From: Gammaproteobacteria bacterium
GTDB taxonomy: Bacteria; Pseudomonadota; Gammaproteobacteria; JBCCGL01
Assembly: GCA_965277715.1 (NCBI GenBank)
Contig: OZ255836.1
Span: 3,936,001-4,000,000, forward strand
Reading direction: 5' to 3'
DNA: 64,000 nucleotides
Shown here in pieces: positions 10,574-20,294 of this stretch (position 1 is its first letter; each line of letters opens with the position of its first letter). The notes beneath the pieces were generated by a model, which searched no databases, was not told where the DNA came from, and was given only the letters and a program-made list of their open reading frames with translations. Both the position numbers and the translations under genes were made by a program.

Positions 10574-12118
10574 ATGACCCGTAGAAAAAGCCGTCGTCGT
10601 AGTGAAGCCGTCACCGTTACGGTAAAGCCTCCGTTACAACAGCTACGCAATCCATATGCCCCAATTGAAGCGCTCAGTGAGCAGGATCTGGATCTGATTC
10701 ACGATGGTTCGATGCGCATTCTTGAGGACATCGGTCTCGAAGTGCTCAACGAGCGCGCACTCGATCTCTATGAGGCGGACGGTGCCCGAGTTGACAGGGA
10801 TGCAGGCTGTGCCCCCGGCTGTGGTACAGGTCGGGTCTACCTGGATCGTGACAGGGTAATGGCACTGATTGCCATGGTGCCCACAGAATTTACCCTGCAT
10901 GCCCGCAACCCGGCGCGCAATTGCACTATTGGCGGTAACGCCATCAATTTCACCACGGTTGCCAGCGCGCCTAATAGCGCTGATCTGGACAATGGCCGCC
11001 GCACAGGCAACTTTCAGGATTATTGCGATTTTATGCGGTTGACGCAGGATTACGATGTCATCAATTTTCTCAGTGGTTATCCTGTCGAGCCTGTCGATTT
11101 GCCACCTGCCAGTCGCCATCTGGATGCCACCTTTGCGGCGTTGACACTCACCGACCGCGCCTTTAGCTGTTACTGCCTCGGTGGTGGCCGTGTTAACGAT
11201 GGCATCGAAATGACGGCGATTGCACGCGGCGTCGACCGTGAAACATTAAAATCCCAACCGAGTATTATCACCGTGGTCAACACCAATTCGCCATTGCGGG
11301 TCGATGGCCCTATGCTCGATGGTCTGATAGAAATGGCGGAAAACGGCCAGCCCACCATCGTCACACCGTTCACCCTGGCGGGGGCCATGTGCCCGATTAC
11401 GCTGGCGGGGGCACTGGCGCAACAAAATGCCGAGGCACTGGGGACGATTGCCCTGTCGCAAATCGTCAACCCAGGGGCGCCGATGGTGTTTGGCGGGTTT
11501 ACCTCAAACTGTGATATGAAAAGTGGCGCCCCGGCGTTTGGTACACCTGAATACACCCGCGCCGCCTGGGCGGGTGGTCAGCTCGCCCGGCGCTACAAGC
11601 TGCCGTATCGTTCGTCTAACACCAACGCGGCGAATACACCCGATGCGCAGGCGGCGTGGGAGTCGCAAATGTCACTGTGGGGCGCGGTAATGGGGCATGC
11701 CAATGTCGTTAAACACGGTGCCGGTTGGTTGGAAGGGGGCTTATGCGCCTCGTTTGAGAAATTTATCCTCGATATTGAAATGTTACAAATGATGGCAGAA
11801 ACACTAAAACCCATCGACGTGAGTGAACAGACAATCGCGCTGGAATCGATTCGCCAGGCGGGCCACGGCGGGCATTTTTTTGCCACCGATCACACAATGG
11901 CACACTATGATTCCGCCTTTTACACGCCCATCGTATCGGATTGGAGCAACTTCGAAACCTGGGTTGAAAATGGCAGTAAAACAGCGCTGCAACGCGCCAA
12001 TGAAATCGTTAAACAGCGCCTGAAAGCGTACCGGGAGCCACCAATGGATGCGGCGGTAAAAGTCGCATTGCAGGATTATAGGGACACGCGCCGCGCAGAG
12101 ATTGCCGCAACACAATGA
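10574..12118 (+). CDS. Trimethylamine methyltransferase (MttB) family, non-pyrrolysine (MtgB-like)
   Basis: NSPL, P(I/V)TLAGALAQQNAE and DMKSGAPAFGTPE motifs. HGAGWLEGG has Trp where methanogen MttB has Pyl. Confidence 0.9.
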   Translation: MTRRKSRRRSEAVTVTVKPPLQQLRNPYAPIEALSEQDLDLIHDGSMRILEDIGLEVLNERALDLYEADGARVDRDAGCAPGCGTGRVYLDRDRVMALIAMVPTEFTLHARNPARNCTIGGNAINFTTVASAPNSADLDNGRRTGNFQDYCDFMRLTQDYDVINFLSGYPVEPVDLPPASRHLDATFAALTLTDRAFSCYCLGGGRVNDGIEMTAIARGVDRETLKSQPSIITVVNTNSPLRVDGPMLDGLIEMAENGQPTIVTPFTLAGAMCPITLAGALAQQNAEALGTIALSQIVNPGAPMVFGGFTSNCDMKSGAPAFGTPEYTRAAWAGGQLARRYKLPYRSSNTNAANTPDAQAAWESQMSLWGAVMGHANVVKHGAGWLEGGLCASFEKFILDIEMLQMMAETLKPIDVSEQTIALESIRQAGHGGHFFATDHTMAHYDSAFYTPIVSDWSNFETWVENGSKTALQRANEIVKQRLKAYREPPMDAAVKVALQDYRDTRRAEIAATQ

Positions 12119-12128
12119 AACTGCCCGA

Positions 12129-12980
12129 ATGAAACTACAAGAGCGCGTCGCACTGTTTCAGGAACGCCTTAGCCAGGTCATTGCCGGGAGTGGCCTCAAT
12201 CGTGCCGCCTTCGCCAAATCGGTGGGGGTTGACCGCTCTACGCTGTCGCAACTGATGGCGGCAGAGAACATACGACTACCGCGTGCCGACACAGTGACCG
12301 CCATCGCCGAACAGTACCAGGTGAGTATCGACTGGCTACTGGGCCTCTCGCAGGCCGGGCCGCTGGGCATGGATATGGTGCCCGGCCCACTGGAACTGGA
12401 GGATTTCAAAAACTCCTCCATCCACGACACCTTTCTTGAATGGTATCGCAGCGCCAGTGGTTATAAAGTGCGCTACGTGCCGACAACGCTGCCGGATCTA
12501 TTGAAGACCGAAGCGGTGGCAGAGTATGAGTTCAACCGCTACGGATTTGGCAAGGTCGATCAGTCGGTCCGCGATAACCAACTGTTGTTACTACAGCAAC
12601 GCCATCCCGGCAGTGAGCTGGAAGTGTGCCAGTCGGTGCAGGTATTGCGCGGTTTTGCACTGGGTGAGGGTGTGTGGGTCGGGCTTTCGGTGCAGGATCG
12701 CATTCACCAGTTGCAACGGATGATTGAGCTAACCGATGAACTCTATCCGGGGTTTCGCTGGTTCCTCTACGATGGCAAGGAAACCTGGTCGGCACCGTTT
12801 ACCCTATACGGCCCATTGCGTGCGGTGTTGTTTGTTGGTCAACTGTATGTGTTGATTAACAGCATTGACCATATCAGAAAACTAACCGGGCGGTTCGACC
12901 ACTTAATTAGAATGGCGGTGGTTCAACCACATGAAATATGCGGGCAACTGGAAAGCCTGATTAAAGAAATCAGACCGTGA
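12129..12980 (+). CDS. XRE-family HTH transcriptional regulator with C-terminal sensor domain
   Basis: FAKSVGVDRSTLSQL helix-turn-helix and VSIDWLLG. Confidence 0.8.
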   Translation: MKLQERVALFQERLSQVIAGSGLNRAAFAKSVGVDRSTLSQLMAAENIRLPRADTVTAIAEQYQVSIDWLLGLSQAGPLGMDMVPGPLELEDFKNSSIHDTFLEWYRSASGYKVRYVPTTLPDLLKTEAVAEYEFNRYGFGKVDQSVRDNQLLLLQQRHPGSELEVCQSVQVLRGFALGEGVWVGLSVQDRIHQLQRMIELTDELYPGFRWFLYDGKETWSAPFTLYGPLRAVLFVGQLYVLINSIDHIRKLTGRFDHLIRMAVVQPHEICGQLESLIKEIRP

Positions 12981-13001
12981 AGGTGGTTGAGAATACCCCT
13001 G

Positions 13002-13033
13002 GCACACCGTCAATAGACGTTAGACGGTGTACT
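13002..13033. repeat. Collapsed hairpin copy of element family B
   Basis: GCACACCGTC-aatagacgtta-GACGGTGTAC shares both termini with 56219-56415 and 8461-8499. Confidence 0.6.
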
Positions 13034-13066
13034 AAATAAACGCCGAAAAATCAAAGAGCACTGATT

Positions 13067-14386
13067 ATGTCAAAACACTATGATGCAATTATCATTGGCG
13101 CGGGCATTATTGGCACTGCAACGTCTTACGCGCTGGCAAAAAAAGGCTGGCGGGTACTGACTATCGATAAACTGCCCACCTGTGGCTACGGTTCAACGGC
13201 GGGTTCCTGCGCCATTGTTCACCCCTATTACTCCACCCTCGACGGTTCGGCGATGGCCTATGAAAGCCATTTTTACTGGAAGCAATGGGCTGAATTTATC
13301 GGTGGTGACGATGTTGATGAGCGCGGTTTGGCGCGTTATATCAACTGCGGTTCACTGGTGATGAAAACTGAGCAGAACGACTACCTCCAGTACACCTGTG
13401 ATCTGATGGATCAACTGAATATCCCCTACGATGACCTGACCCCGGAGCAGGTTATCGAAAAGCTGCCGATTATGACCATGGACTCCTTTGCCCCGGTAAA
13501 GCAGCCAGACGACCCACAATTTGGCGTAGCCAATGCGACCCCGCTACAGGGCGCGGTGTTGTTTCGTGCGGCGGGTTACATCACCGACCCACAGTTGGCA
13601 ACCCACAACATCATGCGCGCCGCCGAAGCCGCTGGCTCACAGTTTCGCTACGGTGACCGCGTCAGTGAAATCCGCCGTGAAATCTGCCCGTCGGGTGAGC
13701 GCGTGTGCGGGGTGACCCTGGAGAACGGTGAACGGCTCGACACCCCCGTTGTGCTGAATGCCGCCGGTCCCCATTCGTATTTGATTAACCAACTCGCCGA
13801 TGTTGAAAAAGACCTGAAAATCAAAACCCGCGCATTGCGCCACGAAGTCGCGCACGTGCCGATGCCGGAGGGGTTTAAGGGTGAATTTGAGTGTGTCACC
13901 TCAGACAGTGACACCGGTGTCTATACAAGGCCCGAGCATGGCAATCACCTGTTAATCGGCAGTGAAGACCCCGCCACCGACAAAAAAAACTGGGTCGACC
14001 CGGATAACTTCAATCCGCATTTTAGCGAACAGTGGAATACCCTGGTATTGCGTACCTGTCAGCGTATGCCCTCGCTCGGTGTGTCCACGCAAATGCGCGG
14101 TGTTGTCGAGCTGTACGATGTCAGTGACGACTGGATTCCCATCTATGACAAATCCGATCTCCCCGGTTTTTATATGGCGATTGGCACCAGTGGTAACCAG
14201 TTCAAAAATGCACCAATCGCGGGCGAGCTGATGGCGGAGATTATCGCCGCCAGCGAAAACGGCAATGACCAGGACAGTAACCCGGTCGACTTTCATTTGA
14301 AAAACATCGATTACACATTTAACAGTGGTTTTTATTCGCGCCTGCGGGCAGTGAGCAAAGACAGCCGTTTTTCAGTATTGGGTTGA
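13067..14386 (+). CDS. FAD-dependent oxidoreductase, DAO/sarcosine oxidase beta-like
   Basis: GAGIIG dinucleotide motif; YDVSDDWIPIY and GTSGNQFK. Confidence 0.85.
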   Translation: MSKHYDAIIIGAGIIGTATSYALAKKGWRVLTIDKLPTCGYGSTAGSCAIVHPYYSTLDGSAMAYESHFYWKQWAEFIGGDDVDERGLARYINCGSLVMKTEQNDYLQYTCDLMDQLNIPYDDLTPEQVIEKLPIMTMDSFAPVKQPDDPQFGVANATPLQGAVLFRAAGYITDPQLATHNIMRAAEAAGSQFRYGDRVSEIRREICPSGERVCGVTLENGERLDTPVVLNAAGPHSYLINQLADVEKDLKIKTRALRHEVAHVPMPEGFKGEFECVTSDSDTGVYTRPEHGNHLLIGSEDPATDKKNWVDPDNFNPHFSEQWNTLVLRTCQRMPSLGVSTQMRGVVELYDVSDDWIPIYDKSDLPGFYMAIGTSGNQFKNAPIAGELMAEIIAASENGNDQDSNPVDFHLKNIDYTFNSGFYSRLRAVSKDSRFSVLG

Positions 14387-14409
14387 ATAAATAAACTGAG
14401 AGAATATCC

Positions 14410-16830
14410 ATGAAAACACATACTCAAGTCGTCATTATTGGTGGTGGTGTAGTCGGTTGTAGCGTGCTGTACCACCTCACTAAATTTGGCTGGAAAGACG
14501 TGATGTTAATCGAGCGGTCAGAACTGACCTCCGGTTCCACCTGGCACGCGGCGGGCGGCTTTCACACCCTCAATGCCGATACCAATATGGCGGCCCTGCA
14601 AGGCTACACCATTGAGCTATACAAGGAACTTGAGGCGGCCTCTGGCCAGTCGTGTGGCCTGCACCACGTCGGTGGACTAACCCTGGCAGGCACCCCCGAG
14701 CGCTGGGACTACCTTAAATCGGCGCGTGCCATGCACCGCCATATGGGCTTGAATACCGAACTGGTCGGCCCTGAAGAAATCCGTCGGTTATCACCGATTA
14801 CCAATACCGATGGCGTGCTCGGCGCATTATACGATCCGCTAGATGGTCACCTCGACCCCTCTGGCACCACCCACGCCTATGCCAAAGCGGCTCAACAGCA
14901 AGGTGCTGAAATCGTGCTGCGCAATCGCGTACTGGAAACCAACCCACGCGCCGATGGTGGCTGGGAAGTCGTGACCGGACAGGGCACTGTTATCGCCGAG
15001 CACCTGGTCAATGCCGGTGGCTTATGGGCGCGTGAAGTGGGTGAAATGGCGGGTATTTACCTGCCACTACACCCAATGGAGCACCAATACTTAGCGACCG
15101 ACGATATTCCCGAGGTGTATCAGCACAGTAACGAGTTACCACACGTTATGGACCCTGAAGGTGAGAGCTATCTGCGCCAGGAAGGGCGTGGCCTGGTGAT
15201 CGGTTTTTACGAGCAAAACTGCGACCCGTGGGCGGTCGGTGGCACCCCGTGGACCTTTGGTCACGAATTGTTGCCAGACAAACTGGAGCGCATTGGTGAT
15301 TCCCTTGAGATCGCCTACCGGCGTTTCCCCGTGCTGGCGAGTGCCGGGGTGAAAACCATTATCAACGGGCCGTTTACCTTTGCACCCGATGGCAACCCGC
15401 TGGTGGGGCCGGTACCGGGGTTAAAAAATTACTGGTCTGCCTGTGCGGTGATGGCCGGTTTTAGTCAGGGCGGTGGTGTGGGGCTGACGCTGGCCGAGTG
15501 GATGGTCGAAGGCGAGCCATCGCGTGATGTATTCGCCATGGATGTCGCCCGTTTTGGCGATTACTGTACCCGTTCATACACACGCCTGAAAGTGCGTGAA
15601 AATTACCAGCGACGCTTCTCAGTGTCCTACCCTAATGAAGAACTGCCCGCCGCCCGCCCTTTGCACACAACACCCGCCTATGGTGTGTGGCAGCGGCAAA
15701 ACGCAGTGTTTGGTGCGGCTTACGGTATGGAGCATGTGAATTACTTTGCACCTGAAGGGGAGGCGGCGTACGAAATACCTTCCTTTCGTCGTTCCAATGC
15801 CTTTGCGACCGTGGCAGAGGAGTGCCACGCCGTGCGTACCGCTGTGGGTATTAATGAAATTCACAACTTTGGAAAATACCAAATCAGCGGTGTGGGGGCA
15901 CACGCCTGGCTGGATACAGTGATGGCGGGGAAAATCCCGCCCGTCGGCAGGTTGGCATTGAATCCCATGTTAAGCCCTAAAGGCAAACTGATCGGGGATT
16001 TTACGGTCGCGCAAGTGCGTCAAAATGTTTTCCAGGTCACCGCCTCATTTTCTGCCCAGGCGTTTCACTTGCGTTGGTTTTGGCAGCACCAGCCAGATGA
16101 TGGCAGCGTGCAGATCGAGAATATTTCACAGTCGCGCATTGGCTTTCAAATCGCTGGCCCCAATGCGCGGACATTATTGCAGCGCGTGACGCGTGCCGAT
16201 GTATCAAACCAGGCTCTGCCGTTTTTATCGGTGCGTGAAATCGATGTGGGGCAGTGCAGTGCTATCGTTCAGCGGGTGAGTTACACGGGTGATCGTGGTT
16301 ATGAACTCTACGTACCTGCCAGCCAACAGATCGCCTTATATACGCAGCTACACCAGGCCGGGCAAGACCTCGGCCTGCGACCTTTTGGTATGCGCGCCAT
16401 GATGAGTCTGCGTTTGGAAAAATCATTTGGCTCGTGGATGAACGAATACAAACCTGATTACACGGCCCTGGAAACTGGCATGGATCGGTTTGTCGATTAC
16501 CACAAGAAGGCTGATTTTATTGGTAAACAGGCGGCAGTTGATGAAAAGGCACACGGTGTAAGCCGTAAATTGTGTACATTTATTGTCGATGCCAATGATG
16601 CCGATGTTGTGGGTTATGAGCCCGTCTGGCACAACGATGAAGTGGTGGGTTTTGTGACATCGGGTGGGTATGCGCACTACACGCAGAAGAGCGTAGCGTT
16701 TGGTTTTGTGCCCGTTGAGTTGGCGGCTGACGGGTTGCAGGTGGCGATTGAAATACTCGGTGAACGCCGGTCGGCGGTGTGTTACTCGCAACCGTTATTT
16801 GATGTGGGTAGGCAGCGGGTGTTGGGGTAA
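14410..16830 (+). CDS. Dimethylglycine/sarcosine dehydrogenase-like (FAD domain plus GcvT folate domain)
   Basis: GGGVVG, LTSGSTWHAAG, GPFTFAPDG and SLRLEK motifs; 806 aa. Confidence 0.9.
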   Translation: MKTHTQVVIIGGGVVGCSVLYHLTKFGWKDVMLIERSELTSGSTWHAAGGFHTLNADTNMAALQGYTIELYKELEAASGQSCGLHHVGGLTLAGTPERWDYLKSARAMHRHMGLNTELVGPEEIRRLSPITNTDGVLGALYDPLDGHLDPSGTTHAYAKAAQQQGAEIVLRNRVLETNPRADGGWEVVTGQGTVIAEHLVNAGGLWAREVGEMAGIYLPLHPMEHQYLATDDIPEVYQHSNELPHVMDPEGESYLRQEGRGLVIGFYEQNCDPWAVGGTPWTFGHELLPDKLERIGDSLEIAYRRFPVLASAGVKTIINGPFTFAPDGNPLVGPVPGLKNYWSACAVMAGFSQGGGVGLTLAEWMVEGEPSRDVFAMDVARFGDYCTRSYTRLKVRENYQRRFSVSYPNEELPAARPLHTTPAYGVWQRQNAVFGAAYGMEHVNYFAPEGEAAYEIPSFRRSNAFATVAEECHAVRTAVGINEIHNFGKYQISGVGAHAWLDTVMAGKIPPVGRLALNPMLSPKGKLIGDFTVAQVRQNVFQVTASFSAQAFHLRWFWQHQPDDGSVQIENISQSRIGFQIAGPNARTLLQRVTRADVSNQALPFLSVREIDVGQCSAIVQRVSYTGDRGYELYVPASQQIALYTQLHQAGQDLGLRPFGMRAMMSLRLEKSFGSWMNEYKPDYTALETGMDRFVDYHKKADFIGKQAAVDEKAHGVSRKLCTFIVDANDADVVGYEPVWHNDEVVGFVTSGGYAHYTQKSVAFGFVPVELAADGLQVAIEILGERRSAVCYSQPLFDVGRQRVLG

Positions 16831-16957
16831 AGGTAGTGAAATAATTGAGCGCGTGCAGGATGATCTGGAAATGGCTGAGTGAATTAGCATCCGTTTGTTG
16901 GTGAATTTACATTGATAAAACGATTGAATAACTATCAGGTGATTTAGGTGTGCGTGA

Positions 16958-18433
16958 TTACGCACGGTTTTTTCTTCTGTGTAAATCAAATAGATGGAGA
17001 AGCAGTGACACAATAATGATCGAAAATAATATTGCTGCAATTGGGCGTTCGATAAAATCCAATGGCGTTTCGATACGGGCGAGACTGGCACGAAATTTTT
17101 GATCCATAATGTCACCGAGTACCATCCCCAGTATCAACGGTACAAGTGGTAGGTTTAAGCGTTTCAACAAGTAACCAAAAAAACCGAAAACACCACAGAT
17201 AATGCAATCGATGGCCGAGTTTCGCAGCGAGTAGACCCCGACAAATGTGAGCGTCAATATACCCATGCCAATAAACCGGGTGGGTATTTGTAGCACCTTG
17301 GTAATGTGTCTACTGGTTATCAGTAAAAAGACCAGAATAAGTAGATTGATAAAAAACAGACAGGTGTAAAGGCTGATGAGAAAATCGGGCTTTGTATGAA
17401 ACAACGCTGGCCCTGGAATAATGCCGTGTACATAGAAAACTGACAGCATCATAGCAGTCAATGCCTCACCGGGTATTCCAAGCGCCAGTAAGGGAATCAT
17501 CGCCGCTGCAGGAACGGCGTTATTGGCCGTCTCAGAAGCGATTAGCCCCTCGCAGGAACCTCGACCGAACTGTTCAGGTTTTTTTGATAGTTTTTGAGCC
17601 AGAGAATAAGCAAAAAACTGAGCTAGAAACTCACCAACACCAGGAATAATCCCCATAATGACACCGAAAATCGCAGAGAATAGCGTCGTGATTTTATTTT
17701 TTGCAATATCGACAAACCCTGATAATCGGCTGCCACGGATTTTGAGTACTTGTGTTGGTTTATGGGGCTGCGTTAACAATATGAGTGCCTGTGATAAAGC
17801 GAATATCCCAAGTAGCACCACAATTAAATTAATCCCGGGTGAGAGCCACTGCTGATCAAATGTAAAACGTTGTGAATAGCGGATGGGTTCAAGGCCAATG
17901 GTGTTTAAAAAAATACCGAAAAATAATAACATGCCTGCTGCGAGCGATTGGCCACGATGAGAAATTATCACCAGTACAGCACCCAATAACGCAGCCATAA
18001 AAATATCTCTTGAACCAAATAGGGGCGCCACTTTGGCGATCAGAGGTGATGTAGCAATTAGGCAGATTACTGAGAAAATACCACCAAAAAACGATGCGCA
18101 GTACGCCAATGATAAGGCCTTTGATGCCTGTCCCTTTTGTGTCAACGCATAACCGTCGTAGCAGGTAAGTGCATTTACCGGCGTACCTGGCGTATTAATT
18201 AGAATAGCGGGAATGGCACCACCGTACATTGAGGCGCCATAAATACCCAGCAACAGAGTTAGCCCGACTAGTGGATCAAGGCTAAAGGTGGCGGGCAATA
18301 AAATAGCAATTGCAACCGCTGGGCCAACACCTGGAATAGCACCAATTAAAATGCCGCCAAGCGCCCCAATGAATAAAGCACAAAATACGTCAATGCGTAG
18401 AATCGAAGTAATACCAGTAATTAACAATTCCAT
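16958..18433 (-). CDS. tctA: Tripartite tricarboxylate transporter large permease TctA
   Basis: GAIPG, YGGAIPAILINTPGTP, SETANNA and LGIPG motifs. Confidence 0.92.
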   Translation of the reverse strand: MELLITGITSILRIDVFCALFIGALGGILIGAIPGVGPAVAIAILLPATFSLDPLVGLTLLLGIYGASMYGGAIPAILINTPGTPVNALTCYDGYALTQKGQASKALSLAYCASFFGGIFSVICLIATSPLIAKVAPLFGSRDIFMAALLGAVLVIISHRGQSLAAGMLLFFGIFLNTIGLEPIRYSQRFTFDQQWLSPGINLIVVLLGIFALSQALILLTQPHKPTQVLKIRGSRLSGFVDIAKNKITTLFSAIFGVIMGIIPGVGEFLAQFFAYSLAQKLSKKPEQFGRGSCEGLIASETANNAVPAAAMIPLLALGIPGEALTAMMLSVFYVHGIIPGPALFHTKPDFLISLYTCLFFINLLILVFLLITSRHITKVLQIPTRFIGMGILTLTFVGVYSLRNSAIDCIICGVFGFFGYLLKRLNLPLVPLILGMVLGDIMDQKFRASLARIETPLDFIERPIAAILFSIIIVSLLLHLFDLHRRKNRA

Positions 18434-18482
18434 AGAGCTTACTCCATTAATAACTATTCGCCATTAATCTATTGCTTTGCTA

Positions 18483-19049
18483 TTAGAAGTAGACCAACAT
18501 AATATTTCGCAATGCATCGGGTAAGTAGTGATAGGCAGTACCACCGGGTATTTTTGCCTGTAAAAGTGACTTAAAGAGCACGACAACGACAATCCCAAAT
18601 GCGGCAGCAGTCGCTACATCACGCCGCCGACGAAAACCGCTGCGAATAACTAAAAAGCAGCAAAACAGTATCGTTGTGGGCAGATACCCCAATCGAGGCA
18701 CAATAAAAACATAAGTGAAAAAATAGGCAATGTATTCAAGTGGTAATAGCCAGTTTTTACATGTAGACAACGGTGCATACAATCTGTGGTCGACACCTAT
18801 GGTGCGTAGCGACTTAACCAGCAGGCCGATGGAAAACAGGCTCCACCCAATAAGTGCCACAGCTGGCCAAAAACGTGGCTGGGAAAAAAAACTAACACCG
18901 TTAAACCACGTTGTTTGCCAGGGTATAAGAATCAGAAAAAAGAGCGACAGGAATACCATTAATACTGCAAAAAAAACCATTGCAAAGGGATGTGGCCTGA
19001 TGGCCACATCGCCTACATATGTGCGCGCATGGGTTGGTTTATTTTGCAT
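18483..19049 (-). CDS. tctB: Tripartite tricarboxylate transporter small subunit TctB
   Basis: Four to five TM segments, PRFWP and LGYLPTT; lies between tctC and tctA. Confidence 0.82.
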   Translation of the reverse strand: MQNKPTHARTYVGDVAIRPHPFAMVFFAVLMVFLSLFFLILIPWQTTWFNGVSFFSQPRFWPAVALIGWSLFSIGLLVKSLRTIGVDHRLYAPLSTCKNWLLPLEYIAYFFTYVFIVPRLGYLPTTILFCCFLVIRSGFRRRRDVATAAAFGIVVVVLFKSLLQAKIPGGTAYHYLPDALRNIMLVYF

Positions 19050-19071
19050 AGAATAGAATCACTGTACGTGA

Positions 19072-20010
19072 TTATTTGCTTAGCAGCTCACCAATTTTAA
19101 GTGTAGTGGAACGATCTGCATTGATAATTTCCGTAGCCGCTGCCGCATCCTGCCAGTAAATTTGAGCGCCAGTCTCGGTAGCAATTTTTTGTGCCTTATC
19201 ACTCAAAACGGTTTTCTTTGCCACTGCAATAATTTTATCTTTTACCGCTTGTGGCGTGCCCTTTTTAACAAATAAACCGTTCCACAAGGCGATGTTTAGC
19301 GAGGGAACTATTTCGTGCATTGCCGGGACATTCGGTATTTTGGTGATTCGGTCGTGGGTAATGGTGGCGAGTATTTTTACTTTATCGAGGCAGGGAAGGA
19401 TCAACTGCAATGTGGTATTGATGACATCGGCATCGCCTGATGCGAGTGTATTGCAATCCAGTGCATCGAAGGCGGCTTGCGCTCCCCACTCAAAACCGAG
19501 TTTTTTTGCAGCGGTAAGTGACACTTTGGTTGGCACCAGTGGTGCACCGAAGTGACCGAGTGCGACTTTGTTACTTTTTGCATGTACTGCCAATCCTTGC
19601 ATACTGTCGTAAGGGGCGTCTTCGTTAGTGGCCAAGACAAAGGGGTAGGTAAGAAAAATACCCAGCGGTTCAAATGTGTCTTCATTCAAACCGTCGATGC
19701 CTAATCGCGGGCCGATCACCGGAACGCCGATCACAAATGAACCTATGACAGTGCCATCAGCGGGTGCATTGGCGACTTCCAGCGCACCGGGGAATGGCCC
19801 ACCACCACCACCGGGTTTATTGACGACAGCGGCGGCGACGCCGTATTCAACTTGAAAACGCTCAGCTATCAATCGGGTCAGCGTATCCTCCAGGTCACCC
19901 GGAGGAAAAGGTACGACGAAGGACACAGGTTTTTCTGGGTACACAGCCAAGGTGACTGACGAGACAGTGAATAGCGCGGTGGCAATAAGATAACACAGTG
20001 TTTTTTTCAT
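19072..20010 (-). CDS. tctC: Tripartite tricarboxylate transporter substrate-binding protein TctC (Bug family)
   Basis: Signal peptide; YPEKPVSFVVPFPPG, VVNKPGGGG and APADG. Confidence 0.9.
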   Translation of the reverse strand: MKKTLCYLIATALFTVSSVTLAVYPEKPVSFVVPFPPGDLEDTLTRLIAERFQVEYGVAAAVVNKPGGGGGPFPGALEVANAPADGTVIGSFVIGVPVIGPRLGIDGLNEDTFEPLGIFLTYPFVLATNEDAPYDSMQGLAVHAKSNKVALGHFGAPLVPTKVSLTAAKKLGFEWGAQAAFDALDCNTLASGDADVINTTLQLILPCLDKVKILATITHDRITKIPNVPAMHEIVPSLNIALWNGLFVKKGTPQAVKDKIIAVAKKTVLSDKAQKIATETGAQIYWQDAAAATEIINADRSTTLKIGELLSK

Positions 20011-20024
20011 TCGTTTGTCCTCAA

Positions 20025-20054
20025 TTGCTCGGTATACATTTGCTCGGTATACAT
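20025..20054. repeat. 15-bp direct tandem duplication in the tctC leader
   Basis: TTGCTCGGTATACAT repeated twice. Confidence 0.85.
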
Positions 20055-20144
20055 TAACGATTGTTGTATCCGAACGGATGCTTAGCTCTTATGTGTCAAA
20101 ATTTAGTCAGATTGCATGTTTCTCTGTGAATAGAATATTTTCAG

Positions 20145-20244
20145 TATTTAGAAAAAATCTAATACGTTGAAACATATACTGATTTATAGACTATATTTAG
20201 AAAAAAATCTAAATACGCTGAAACATATACTGATTTATAGACTA
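20145..20244. repeat. ~50-bp tandem duplication in the divergent tctC/P450 promoter
   Basis: TATTTAGAAAAAATCTAATACGTTGAAACATATACTGATTTATAGACTA followed by a near-identical copy. Each unit contains a TTAGA-A(n)-TCTAA dyad. Confidence 0.85.
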
Positions 20245-20294
20245 TTATTTATTTTTAAGTGTCAATATTTTGTTAAAAAAATGATTTTCTCACT

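Noticed and set aside
10574-12118. Pyrrolysine-containing MttB or Tat export signal
   Set aside because: No in-frame TAG (Trp at that position), and the Arg-rich N-terminus has no hydrophobic h-region.
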